Shown one piece after another: positions 27,238-37,760 of a stretch of 64,000 nucleotides of DNA. The DNA is from Takakia lepidozioides. Taxonomy: Eukaryota > Plantae > Bryophyta. Under the pieces are notes generated by a model, which was not told the origin of the DNA, ran no database searches, and saw only the letters and a program-made list of their open reading frames with translations. Both the position numbers and the translations under genes were made by a program. Location of the stretch: positions 9,486,001 through 9,550,000 of the forward strand of contig CM060734.1 of NCBI GenBank assembly GCA_030704615.1, read 5' to 3'. Each line of letters opens with the position of its first letter. Positions within the stretch are counted from its first letter, which is position 1.

Positions 27238-29290
27238 TGCGGGTGTACCTCCCAGCTGTCTCATCTTTCTCTTTGTCCTTCTCCTTGTCCTTCTCTTTCT
27301 CCTTTTCCTTCTCTTTCTCCTTCTCCTTCTCTTTCTCCTTCGACTTCTCTTTCTCCTTTGTCTTCCCAGGTGACTTTGCATCCTTGTCTTTCACCTTGCG
27401 ACCCCCCTTCTTGCCTTTCTGGGGAGTTGCTTGCGCGTCTGGCTCCTTGGCAGCCAATGAAGCTATGTTCCTCTGGTACTCTTCGTCGTTCAAAGGTGCC
27501 AGCATCTCCGCATGGTTGTTCAAATACTTCATTTGCTGCTCTTGAAATGTTGTGTGCTCAGGAGGGCAGTCGAGGTAAGATACCAGCTGTGTACATGGTG
27601 GGATCGTTGGCAGGGTCCGACCACATGTCCAGGTAATCTGGGATTCCACTTAGGTGTTTTCCTTCCATCAGCACATATTTAGTGTACCTGCGGACGCTCA
27701 AACAAACACCATCCCCAAAACATGATATCAAAAAGCAGCGGAAAGTGATGATCGGTGGCGATCATCACTTTCACATTAGAGAGAATGCAACATGGGTGTG
27801 CAAATCCTTATGATTATCTATATTGCACAACTGGGAAATCTGATGATCGGCACCGATCATCAGGTCACTGATCAGAAACAAACTGCCTATGTTAACAGAG
27901 GTAGGATTAAGAATGGAAACATGGATATGCAGTATTCATTTGTTTGACGGGAGAAGATCAGAGCACTGGAAGTGATGATCGGTACCGACCATCACCAAAC
28001 TGTTGTGTAGCAGAAAGAAAATATTAAGCTTTTCTCAACTAAGGCATGACAAAATTTCAAAGAATGTGATGGATAGGCTTTAGGTACTGCACCTGTACAC
28101 AACATGCATCATAGCCCACTCCCCTCCAACTTGACTGTCGAAATCGTTCAACCTCAATATGTTACCATCCTTGGAGAACTCGCGGAAGAAATAGTACCGC
28201 CACGTGAGACCTTTCCACTTTCTAATGTACGCCTCCAAGGTCATCTGTGGTGGTGAGACCATCGAAATATTCAAGTCCTTCAAATTCTGCTCCAGGACAA
28301 GAATGGCACGTTTCTCCAGCTGCAAAGGGAACATCTATCAGAATTGCACATGACAAAGCCATAGGATAATTGATATACAATAGGCACTTCAATCCACAAA
28401 TACTTGACTCCAAAATGTGGCCTTGTGAAGCCAGTGATCAGAAACAATGTCACTTATTCCCTCGACCTTTGTGCCAGGCTGGATTGTGCTTTTTGGGAAC
28501 TGATTCAGATCCGTCACCGTCTGATCCGAGTTCCAAATCTCAAGCCATCTAACTTTTGTCTGGGGGTTGACCATGGAGAGAGCCAGCCTGTGCAATTTCT
28601 CCTGTTGCATCTCTGGATGTACATGCTTGTCATAGTGGGCTTTGATTTGGAGAAGGAACTCCTCCCCAAGTCTGGGATCCACTATTCTCAACTGCTTCAG
28701 GAAGGCGGACATCAGCTTCGTCCTCCTTATCTCGTACTCCTTCTTTATGGCTGCTCCAACACCTTTAGCAGTCCTCAGCTCTTCTGCTGTAGTGCGGTAG
28801 TACTCAGATTTCCCCCTCTCGGCGGCCTCTGCCAGTTCTTGCTGCATATAACAACAATTGGATTAGAACACAAAGGATTACAAATTTGTTTTGAAGAAGA
28901 CAGGAAGATGTGGGTTGGGCCATACCGCATACAAGTACTCCAGAAATGCATCTCGGGTCAACGAGTACAGGTCCCTGTAGCTCTCCCTGTTTCGCACTTC
29001 TTGATTACATCAGGATGTAGCACTGTGCGGAACTCATCAAGCTTCATCAAACCAATTCTCTGAATACAGAAAAAGTGTGTGGACCAAGCTCGTAGTAACA
29101 TGCTATTTCTTTGTCGATCTGCAAACGGGGAATAGACATTGTACAAGTAAGAACTCTTTTACGTTTGGACTTGAAATGCGCACAACATGCAATTTGAAAG
29201 GCAGTGGGGTTTTTAGGATGTCCTACTTGTTCGCGTCATGCATAGCTGTCAGAAGTCTCGCGATGTCGTTCCCAGGATCCAGAACCATTG
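27238..29290 (-). pseudogene. Spliced, degenerate ORF of unknown function (coiled-coil and KE-repeat segments), probably a retroelement accessory gene
   Basis: ORF pieces at 28958-29146, 28389-28847, 28080-28334 and 27152-27649 are separated by intron-like gaps. It lies antisense to the integrase fragment and has a KE repeat at ~27264-27360. Confidence 0.4.
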
Positions 29291-30015
29291 CCTCCACAGC
29301 ACAATCCATCATCATCTCCCCAATACCCTCAATATGTAATGACTACCTTAAGAGCCATCCAGACACAGACATATGCTCACTACTACAACAACTCCATAAC
29401 TTACCTCCTCAACCCCACAAATACCTAGCACCCCCACACTATCTACACAACCTCTATAAATCTCTCAATCTGCTGCAAGCCAAGCCCGGAGAAGTCCATA
29501 GAATACTAGGTGAACACCTGGCACACCCAACTGCAGCCACACAAGAGTTCAATACCATTTTCAACAAATTCCCATTCCTTTCCGAAAATATTCTCAATGC
29601 AACCCTCCAAGCCAAGGCAAGCATTCCAGGTTATCAACCCCCACCCATGACAACACCACCCACCCCCTCACCATGCACACACAACCCCACCAGAGCACCA
29701 CCTCCAGACCCTCCTAGATCCTCTAACCTTCCCCACACCCCCTCCTCACAGAACGCACACTCACTCAACATAATAACTTGGAATGTAGGATCACTTGCCA
29801 CCAGCATTCAGAGCCTCATCAATCTCACAGACTCCACACCCCCGCATATCCTCCTACTACAAGAAACTAAACTTAACACACACAATCCCAGTAGCTCCTA
29901 TATCAACAAACTCCTCCCAGCCTACTATATGCAATATGGCAATTCGTTCACAGCTGCGCAATGCCTCACCAGACGCTCCGCGCCATACCATCCCGCCCGA
30001 GGCGGGGTGTTTACC
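29290..30015 (+). pseudogene. LINE 5' fragment including the APE endonuclease N-terminus
   Basis: LNIITWNVGSL..PHILLLQETKL..ARGGVFTL (APE motifs WNV, LQET, GGV); same C/A-rich coding-strand composition as the main LINE. Confidence 0.85.
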
Positions 30016-30369
30016 TTGGGGGGGCGCGGTTGCGCCATGCCCCAGGCTTTGTTTGTTTTAATCCGGGGAGATGTGGTGGTTATGTTGGTGTGGGGGGTTA
30101 TATCTGGGTAATGGATGGTGGCCTTCATTTTATGAGTTATGGTTAGCAACTGTTCAAGCTGGTGAAAAAAAAATGTCGGTATGTCTGTATGGAGGGGGTG
30201 ATGGACGTGTAGAATCAGAGTTAGGATAGGTTCTTTCCGTTTGAGGTACTTGGGAAGAGGAGGGGTATGAACATATTTAAGCTGATTTGGGTCAATTGTG
30301 GCTCGAGTAGATTGACTCCTGCCGGGAGGCTTAGGAGAGGATGAGAGGTACTAGGTGTGTTTTGTTGTG

Positions 30370-30646
30370 TGAGGATGAGGATTGTGGAGGCATAGGGAGA
30401 AGAGTTAGCTGCAAATCTTGCCCAATGAAGAGCTTCGTGTGTAAGGGGGCCAGAGTGGGGGTGGGCAAAGCCCCTACCCTCCCAGATGTGTTGGGTAGCA
30501 CTACCAGTGGCTCCAAAGATATAGTCTCTGTGATGTAGGCTGGAAAATGTGTGCAAGTCCATAGGACATGTCAGTGGATTGGAGTAATACGATTGAGTGA
30601 GCTGAAATGTGCTGACAAGTAAGGCAAGAATATCTTGGGGTATGGT
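30370..30646 (-). other. PCIF1/CAPAM-like N6-adenine methyltransferase-fold domain within the LINE ORF (catalytic motif degenerate)
   Basis: TIPQDILALLVSTFQLTQSYYSNPLTC..FSS..RDYIFGATG..WEGRGFAHPH..NSSPYASTILIL aligns by eye with the PCIF1 core as recalled: SLP..ALHRLF..FASPLNC..YCS..D.YFGS.G..GSFEANPPF..SSPEPLSFIVFIP. Confidence 0.65.
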
Positions 30647-31120
30647 ATGATGTGCACATGCCGTTTCCAGTCTAGCGAGGGATCGTGGTTTCTTGGGAGG
30701 GGTGTCTTTGAGGTAGCGGTCAACAAACCAATATAATTCGGTAGCAAAGTCTTGTTTTGGAGGTTGTAGGGATTGTGAGTATGCGTTTGTAGCAGAGTAC
30801 TTTTCCCATAGCCATGCTAGTCTATTGTTGGGGATGATCCCAATGAAACGGCCATGTTGAGCGTAGATATTGGAGAGGCGGGGGCCCATGTGAATTAGTG
30901 GTTGGTCATGCTTGACATCTTTGTCAGGGTTGCATTCAGTTATACAGATGTGTACGTTGGGGGCAGAGATCGGTTGGTGGATGTATCGGTTATCTGTAGG
31001 TTGGGTGGGGGTGGTGTGTTGATGATGAATATGTGCTAGGTAATCGGTGTTAGTATGTTTATGGAAGGTGGTGAGAAGGGTAAGATTGTGGTCGGGGTCA
31101 CAATCGTCATGTGGGCCGAA

Positions 31121-31264
31121 TAGATCATCCTTTATCTGCCAGGTGTTGTCTTCTGAGGAAAACCCAGCCCATTTGCAGTGGTAGTATGTATCTATGCAGG
31201 TGGCGCCAAAGGCGTCAATTGATGTTTGGGTTTTGACACCCAGTATAGCTTCGATGATAAAGGC
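31121..31264 (-). other. HP1-like chromodomain within the LINE ORF
   Basis: FIIEAILG...YYHCKWAGFSSEDNTWQIKDDL versus HP1 YVVEKVL...[21 protein letters not shown]. The aromatic cage positions F/W/F are present. Confidence 0.85.
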
Positions 31265-31989
31265 ATTGGTGTCGTCCAAGTTGTGTGGAGAGGGTGGGTG
31301 GGTTTCTGTGGGGATTAGTGGGGAGTGGGTGGGGGGGTCTGGTATATTAGGTGGGGGGGTTAATGCTAGATGGGAGTTGTTGTCAGGTTTGGTATGTTGC
31401 ATACTATGTGTTTGAGAGTGAGTATCGGTTTCTGTGGCTGTGGGGGTGTTAGTGGCATATGTTGTTTTAAGAGTTTGGTAGATGGAGGCAGTTGGGGCAG
31501 ACCGATGTTGGGGGAGCAGGTCTTGAGCCGTATGGGGATAATGGAGACAGGGGAGATCACATTGGAGGGTACATGCTGTTGATGGATGGTAGAAGAGGGT
31601 GCGAAGATGGTGTAGGTAGCGGCTGGTTTTAGTTGTAGCACGAGACAACTTAAGAGTGAATTCACTTGGCTTTAAAAGTCGGTGGCCTGTGATAGTGGTA
31701 AGTTGGGTGAGGGTGGTAATGTGTCGTTCTTTGAAGTAGGTGAGGATGGGGGTTTTTTGTTTTGGATGAGAGATGTCAAATTGTGATAAGAAAAGGCTTG
31801 TGAGCCATGCACATTCTAATGGTGACGAGGTGTTAGGATAATTTGGCAGGTCGGTTTGTATCCAAATTTTCATTTGGCATAGGATGAGTGTGCGTGCAGT
31901 GGGGGAGTATAAACAGACCTGAGGGTGCAAGGATGATAGTGAATACATGCCATTGTATTTTAAGGCAAGGTGTTTAAGGAGTCCCTGTT

Positions 31990-33818
31990 TAGAGGGCTGT
32001 CTGGGACGTAGACACTTTTATGGGTTCTATGGGGTACCCTTAATTTTTGCGCAGACTTACGGATGGTAGACTTAGATCAACAGAGGCCTTAGGGGTGACA
32101 GGCACAGGCTTACACACTCAGTCACAGTCGTATACAGCCTATCATAGTCTATCACAGCCATACACAGCCTTACACAACCCGACACAACCTTACACAGTCT
32201 GTCACAGTCAATCACAGCCTATCACAGTTAGTCACAGTCTATCACAGCTCGACACAGTCCGACATAGCCAGTCACAGCTCGGTACAGTCACAGCCCAACA
32301 CAGTTTGGCACAACCTGTCACAGCGTATATAAGAAACGGTTATCATTGGCAGGGAATGACTGTGTGGGAACGACATCTGCAGAGGGAATGTGTTTACTTC
32401 TTAGGTGACAGTTAGGTAGTTAGGCGGTTAGAACAGCTTGTAGATAAAATATGCAGAGCAAGCATCATAGAGGACACTTCAGCGGGAGCACTTCTTGGTC
32501 ATGCACGGGAGGAGATCAGGTGGAGAGCAAGGATGGAGAGCACGGTGAAGGAGAAGAGATGAACAGTAGATGCTCGTTACATGCAAAGCTGTAGTGATAT
32601 TGTAGAGCAGATTAGAGACACCATGGCTTCGGCTTGATACCTGATAAATCTTAATCTGATACTTATTCGATACAATCACACTGTGTAGAGAGACTTGAGT
32701 GAAGCTGTGGAATGAATGGATGAGTGAATGGAACCTGATAGATACTGAAGCAATCTGATGCTTCAGTATACACAATAAGGTAATTTGCTAACATGAAGGC
32801 AAGAAGAAATACAAACAGGAAGCACAACCAAGATTCACTAGCTGTAGGTCATGGCTGATTGTTCTCAGCCGGCTGAGTGCTTAGAGATATCCAACTCTTC
32901 TATCTTGGAATTTTCGCCTCGGATAGCAAAGGGATGGGTGAGTAAAAGCCGCTCGACATTTGGCGACTCCTCCCAGCCTTCAAACTCCACTTGTTTAATG
33001 GATAGCAATGCTATCACATAAACCAGCGTTGGTAACCAACTTGCTCTCCATCTACAAGCCACTTGATAAATCTTTATCACTCATTTCTCCAGACCCCACT
33101 CGGGATCTGCATCATGCACTCTCTTAAGAATGTTTTCCTTGCAACCGTCTGGCAATTCCAAAAATCTCTGAAAGAATTGCTTGGACAACCTTTCTTTCTC
33201 AGTTCCACAAGGAATTTGATTCACATCAAATTCTCTAATTCTCCAACCACCAGGATCCCACCAGATGCCTGTCACATCTGGTTGTTCTTGACCCAGTTCC
33301 CCAACGGAAAGTGAATGTTTACACTCATATGCATGAAGAGTTGGTACTAGTAATTGGATTCCTAAGGATATCTTGTGGATCAAACTGACACCAAGAACAG
33401 CTTTTCAGACGTGCTTGCCATATGGTTATATGGTAACAGAGACTTCTAGTATAGCCAAGGGTGCATTGAAGCTTGAAAGAAACCCAGGCATATACGAGAG
33501 ATACTACAGAAGAGAGTTTTGGTTATTGTCTCATTGAAGATATGAAAGACATGGGACATGAGTGATGAAAGAGAAGCTAGACTTCACAGATATTCAGCAA
33601 AAAGATAAAGTTATTTGAAAGCTAATTATCCATATCTTTGGGAGAGAAGAATAGACATAGGAGAATCATCTGGACCTCTCACACCATTAAGATCGAAGAG
33701 TACATCACCCATACCGGAGGAACCAGAGTTGGATGCCACTCCTTCTTATTCTTTACAAGAAAAATTAAGGATACCCCACAAAACCCATAAAAGTGTCTAC
33801 GTCCCAGACAGCCCTCTA
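31990..33818. mobile_element. Non-autonomous TIR element (hAT-like TAG...CTA ends, 59-bp TIRs) carrying LTR-retroelement-like cargo, inserted in the LINE
   Basis: 31990-32048 and 33760-33818 are inverted repeats with 3 mismatches. The LINE frame (..GIIYQGL / QGLLKHLALKYNG..) resumes on the other side. No clean 8-bp TSD. Confidence 0.8.
32110..32325. repeat. Degenerate 10-bp tandem repeat ((T/A)CACAG(T/C)CNN)
   Basis: About 20 consecutive units, e.g. tcacagtcta tcacagctcg acacagtccg. Confidence 0.85.
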
Positions 33819-36582
33819 CCAATCCCTGATAAATGATACCGAGACGCCCAGGGTCGTTGAGTGCTTCTTTTAATTGTGTGCCTAATGTCCTGGCATATGA
33901 GATGATTAGTGGGCTAGAACCAATTCCGTAGCTGTCAGTTGGGAGTTGTGTGAGGGCATTAGGGTACTAATTGGTAGTCCACATACACGTTTAGTAAGAT
34001 GAATAATACTTTTATCCAATTTTTTGACGTCTGGTAAGGAGAAGGGTGCGGCGTGGAACGAGTATTGAATTTGTGTTTGTAATACTGATTTAATGATTGA
34101 TAGTTTGGGCCGGATAGCAATTGGGGATTTGAGCAGGGCTAAGCTTTGGGTAGCGAGTTTGGACGACGTAGATTCTTTCTGGATGTGCCAACTGAGGGAA
34201 GGTACTAGTTGGATACCTAGGTAAGTGTATGGTTCATCTGGTCCGAAAAAGGGGAAGGGTGTGTTTTGGTATCCTTGCACATAAACCACAACACCTAAAC
34301 CGACAAGTCACCAAACTATCCAGATTCAATCTATGGTCAGGTATGGAGCTCAGCCTACACAAGTGCGTTACCACAGCCGCAACACATCAAAGCCGGCTCA
34401 CTAAAATAGCCATGGCTTCCCATTGTAAACTCTACGTACACGAGATCATCTGCATATGCTGCGGCTGATATGTCGCTGGAGGAGGTTTTGTATTGATACC
34501 CGAGCTTACCACAGGCGAGCCATCTGAATAGGGGTTCTAGGAAGATAATGAATAGGTAGGTACTTAAGGTATCACCTTGGATAGTGCCTCGAAGAATGGG
34601 GATAGGTGGGGTGGAGCCATAGTATGCACCAAAATATTCGGTGGTGCTGTTTGTGTATATGTTTCCTATGAGTTGAACAACATCAGTGGGGTATCCAAGA
34701 TCAAGCATGATGGATAGTAATCTAGCATGGTCTAGGGAGCCGAAGGCATTTTTAAAGTCGATGTATAATAGATATATGTCTTGCTTTGTAAGTTTGGCGT
34801 CTTCGAGGGTGGATAGAACATATTGGATTTGTCGAGTTGTACTGCGTGTGGCACGAAATCCTTCTTGTAGGTTGTTGAGAATTTGGTGTTGTTCGTCGTA
34901 GCTTGACAACATTGTAGTGAGCGTGCTGGTGAATAACTTGTATATGGTGTTGGCCAATGCAATGGGTCTGTAATTGTTGAGATCCGTAGGGTCACCTTTT
35001 TTAAAGAGTAAGATGGTACGGCTATGTTTCAGTGTGGTATACGTTGCAGTTTATAACATAGTTGGAAAAATTTGTAGAGAAGGTGATGAAGTTGAGGGTC
35101 CAATGCTTGAAGTATGGCATTTGGTATAAGATCAGGGCCTGGGGCTTTGGATTTAGATCATTCCTTAAGACATGATTCGTATAGATCAATTGTGAATAGG
35201 TCTAGAATGCGATCTCTCGGGGAACCCCTGTTGTCTATTGAGAAGCCGTCTATATCATGCCATGGGTAGTGTTTAACTTTACACATGCAGTTGGCAGGAT
35301 GGAGATTGGGATGTAAACCGTTTGTAACTGTGGGCATGTAGGTTGAGGATGCTTGTGACCATATTTCTTGGTTGATGTCCATTGGGTTGGTTAGCAGGTG
35401 GCCAAGCCGGTGTTTGAGACAATCGATGGGTGGGTTGAGGGTAGGGTTGAAAATGGCTTTGTGAGCTTTTTTTGGGTGATTGTGTAGTAGCTGGTTAAAG
35501 GAGGAGATAAATTTTTTGTGGTTGGCGGTAGCTTTTTGTTTGGTGATACTGTAAGTGGTTTTCTTAGCATCTCTCCCAAGTTTGGAGAGAGTGGCTATCT
35601 AGTTAGGAATGTTGTGAGGGTTGTCAAGTGGGGGCATAAGTGCTTGGCATGGTGTTAGGGTATTGAGGCAGGTGATACGGGGATCCGTTGTCCAGTTATT
35701 CCCTAGGTGTATGGAGGTGGTGGTAGGTATAATAGTGAGGGCGCGTCTAATCGTGTGGTATGTGTTGAGGTGTGATGTCCACGTACGTTTCTGTGTGCGA
35801 GTAAGGTAGCCCCCATTTTGTTTTGAACGTGCAGTTTGCGGAATCTTGGGGGGGGGGGGGGGGGGGGCAGGTGGCAATGACGTTTTTGGTCATCTTGCAT
35901 TAATTTTGTGAGTATGATCTCGGATTCGGTCCAGGTTTGATCCGGGGATTGCGTGAGGTTTGCATCTGTGAGTATGTCTAATAGTTTTAGCATAAGGTGT
36001 GAGGATGTTGGTTGGAATTTTCTTAGAAAGTCGGCTATGTTTCGTTAGGGGAGTGGGGATAAGATTCTGGATTGAGGTGATGGGACATGTACGGGTGGTA
36101 TAGGTCTAAAGGGGATGAGGGATGGTGGGATGGTTACAGAGACAGGGTAGTGATCCGAGTTGCATAGGCTATTAATATGTACATGACTGTTAAGGTACGT
36201 TGGGATCTCATTTTCCATTTTTAGGTAGAAACCGTCGAGAAGGCTTAGGGAGGAGTAGTTGAGTCCACCTTGTCTAGAGTAGTGGTGGTTGGCGGGTATG
36301 TAACGGAGGTGGTGTGTTTGAGTAAATTTTTCCCACTCGTGGTCTACTGAGGATGGAGCTTTATGTATACCATTGTATGTGTGGCCCATGAGGGCAATGT
36401 CTCTGTTAAAGTCGCCTGCTAGGATATAGTGCTGAGAGTGGGTCGAGGGTTGGTTGAGTGTGTTGGATATGGTGAGTAGAATATCCGGGATCAGCGGGAG
36501 ATCATCAGTGTGTGAGGGCATGTATAAGTGTATAAGGATAATAGGGGGGAGCGCGGGGAGGTGTATTTTGATGATTTGAAGG

Positions 36583-36636
36583 TGGGCAAATCACACACAG
36601 CAGATTGATGCTTGTGTGAAGGGATTTCTAGAGGAT
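36583..36636 (+). repeat. Right copy of the direct duplication bounding the TE mosaic
   Basis: TGGGCAAATCACACACAGCAGATTGATGCTTGTGTGAAGGGATTTCTAGAGGAT; abuts the 5' truncation point of the LINE. Confidence 0.85.
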
Positions 36637-37319
36637 ATCTGGAAAACCCAGATTAAATCTATATATGAAGGTAAGTCTTACTACCAACGTCAGCCCCTAA
36701 CAGAGGTAGGTTTTGTCCCTTTTGTTTCCGCTCAAACTGGGCGCGGGGTCAATGGCCACAAGGCTACGGCAAACAACGTCTTATGAGTACAATCTTTTTA
36801 ACTTTTTCTGCACCCTCTCTCCCTTGTGGTTTGTTTATTTTTGTGAGCAGCAAAAAAAAGAGGGAAGATATTTATGTCATGTCAAGACATAGACAAGATT
36901 TAGTAAAAGTCATTGTCAAGAAAAATGACATAGCAGCCTCATTACAAGGCATTGTCAAACATCTCCTTACATGTACAATCCCAGAAAAAAGATCCTTAAA
37001 TTACAAGGTATCCTTATATCATCATGTTAACACTTCCCCTCCATAAATAGTTCATCTTAAATAAAATAGACTGGATTTCAAAGTTCTTGAAATCATAGGG
37101 TGGGAGGGTGGGGTCTTTTAAAAAAACAAACACATAGCATGAGCCTGTAGGGTTCTGAAGAATATATGCACGTTTGCATACAGTCAATCAATCAAAGTCT
37201 GAACCACTTTATTTAAAACATACTGAGTTTTAAATAAGAGCTGTAAGTGTTCCAGTGGCTTACAACAACCAAACAGAGGGCAAATGTTGTGATGATCATA
37301 CAAAAACCTGTAAGTCATT

Positions 37320-37760
37320 ACCATGTCACATTCCCAATCTCTGGGGGGAGCTTAAGAATACAGTTTGTAATAAATAAATAAAACCCTTCAAAAATACTGG
37401 CTTGGTAATTCCAGGGTTCAAATAGATTAAACAAGTATGTTGTAAGCTCAACAGGTCTTTGAGGAAACCATTCCAGTAGGCCTAAGAGTGAGAGCTTTGA
37501 TGAAAACAATTCCCTATTACAGCTTCGAAGGACTTGTATGTTCCTAAAAGCACAAGCTGAACTGATTGTACTTCCATAAGTAAATGCAGGGCTAGGGTAT
37601 GTATCCCAAGGCCTTATCCAAAATACTGCCAAGTTTTAGAGAGATCCTCAAAAATACCAGTCTGTAATCAGGTTATAATCTCCATGGGGGAGCCTGAAAG
37701 AATGTATGTGTTCTTAAAAAGGCTTACCCAATGCCTTACTTAATCCATTCTAAACTGGTG
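37320..37760 (-). pseudogene. Possible highly decayed leucine-rich-repeat coding remnant
   Basis: ILKLPPEIGNVTW at ~37320-37360 and a frameshifted similar unit at ~37660-37705; many stops. Confidence 0.25.

Larger units (their letters stand above)
30015..36582 (-). mobile_element. Non-LTR retrotransposon (Dualen/RandI-like), truncated at both ends: APE - RT - chromodomain - PCIF1-like methyltransferase fold
   Basis: APE at 36045-36580 (AGDFN, SDHYP). RT at ~33820-35150 (RPIALANTIYK, QEGFR, YIDFKNAFGSLDH, GTIQGDTLS, YADD, YTYLG, ALNDPGRLG). The 575-aa ORF 30221-31948 continues the polyprotein. Contains stops, frameshifts, an internal inversion and an insertion. The clade assignment is inference. 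Confidence 0.9.

Noticed and set aside
26176-27995. Palindromes as CRISPR repeats or bacterial REP elements
   Set aside because: Irregular spacing and a retroelement context.
27228-29063. Plus-strand ORFs such as (SF)n and the 219-aa Leu-rich ORF
   Set aside because: Antisense shadows of the minus-strand KE-repeat/coiled-coil ORF.
32110-32325. Regular repeat array as a possible CRISPR
   Set aside because: 10-bp tandem units without unique spacers, eukaryotic context and no cas genes.
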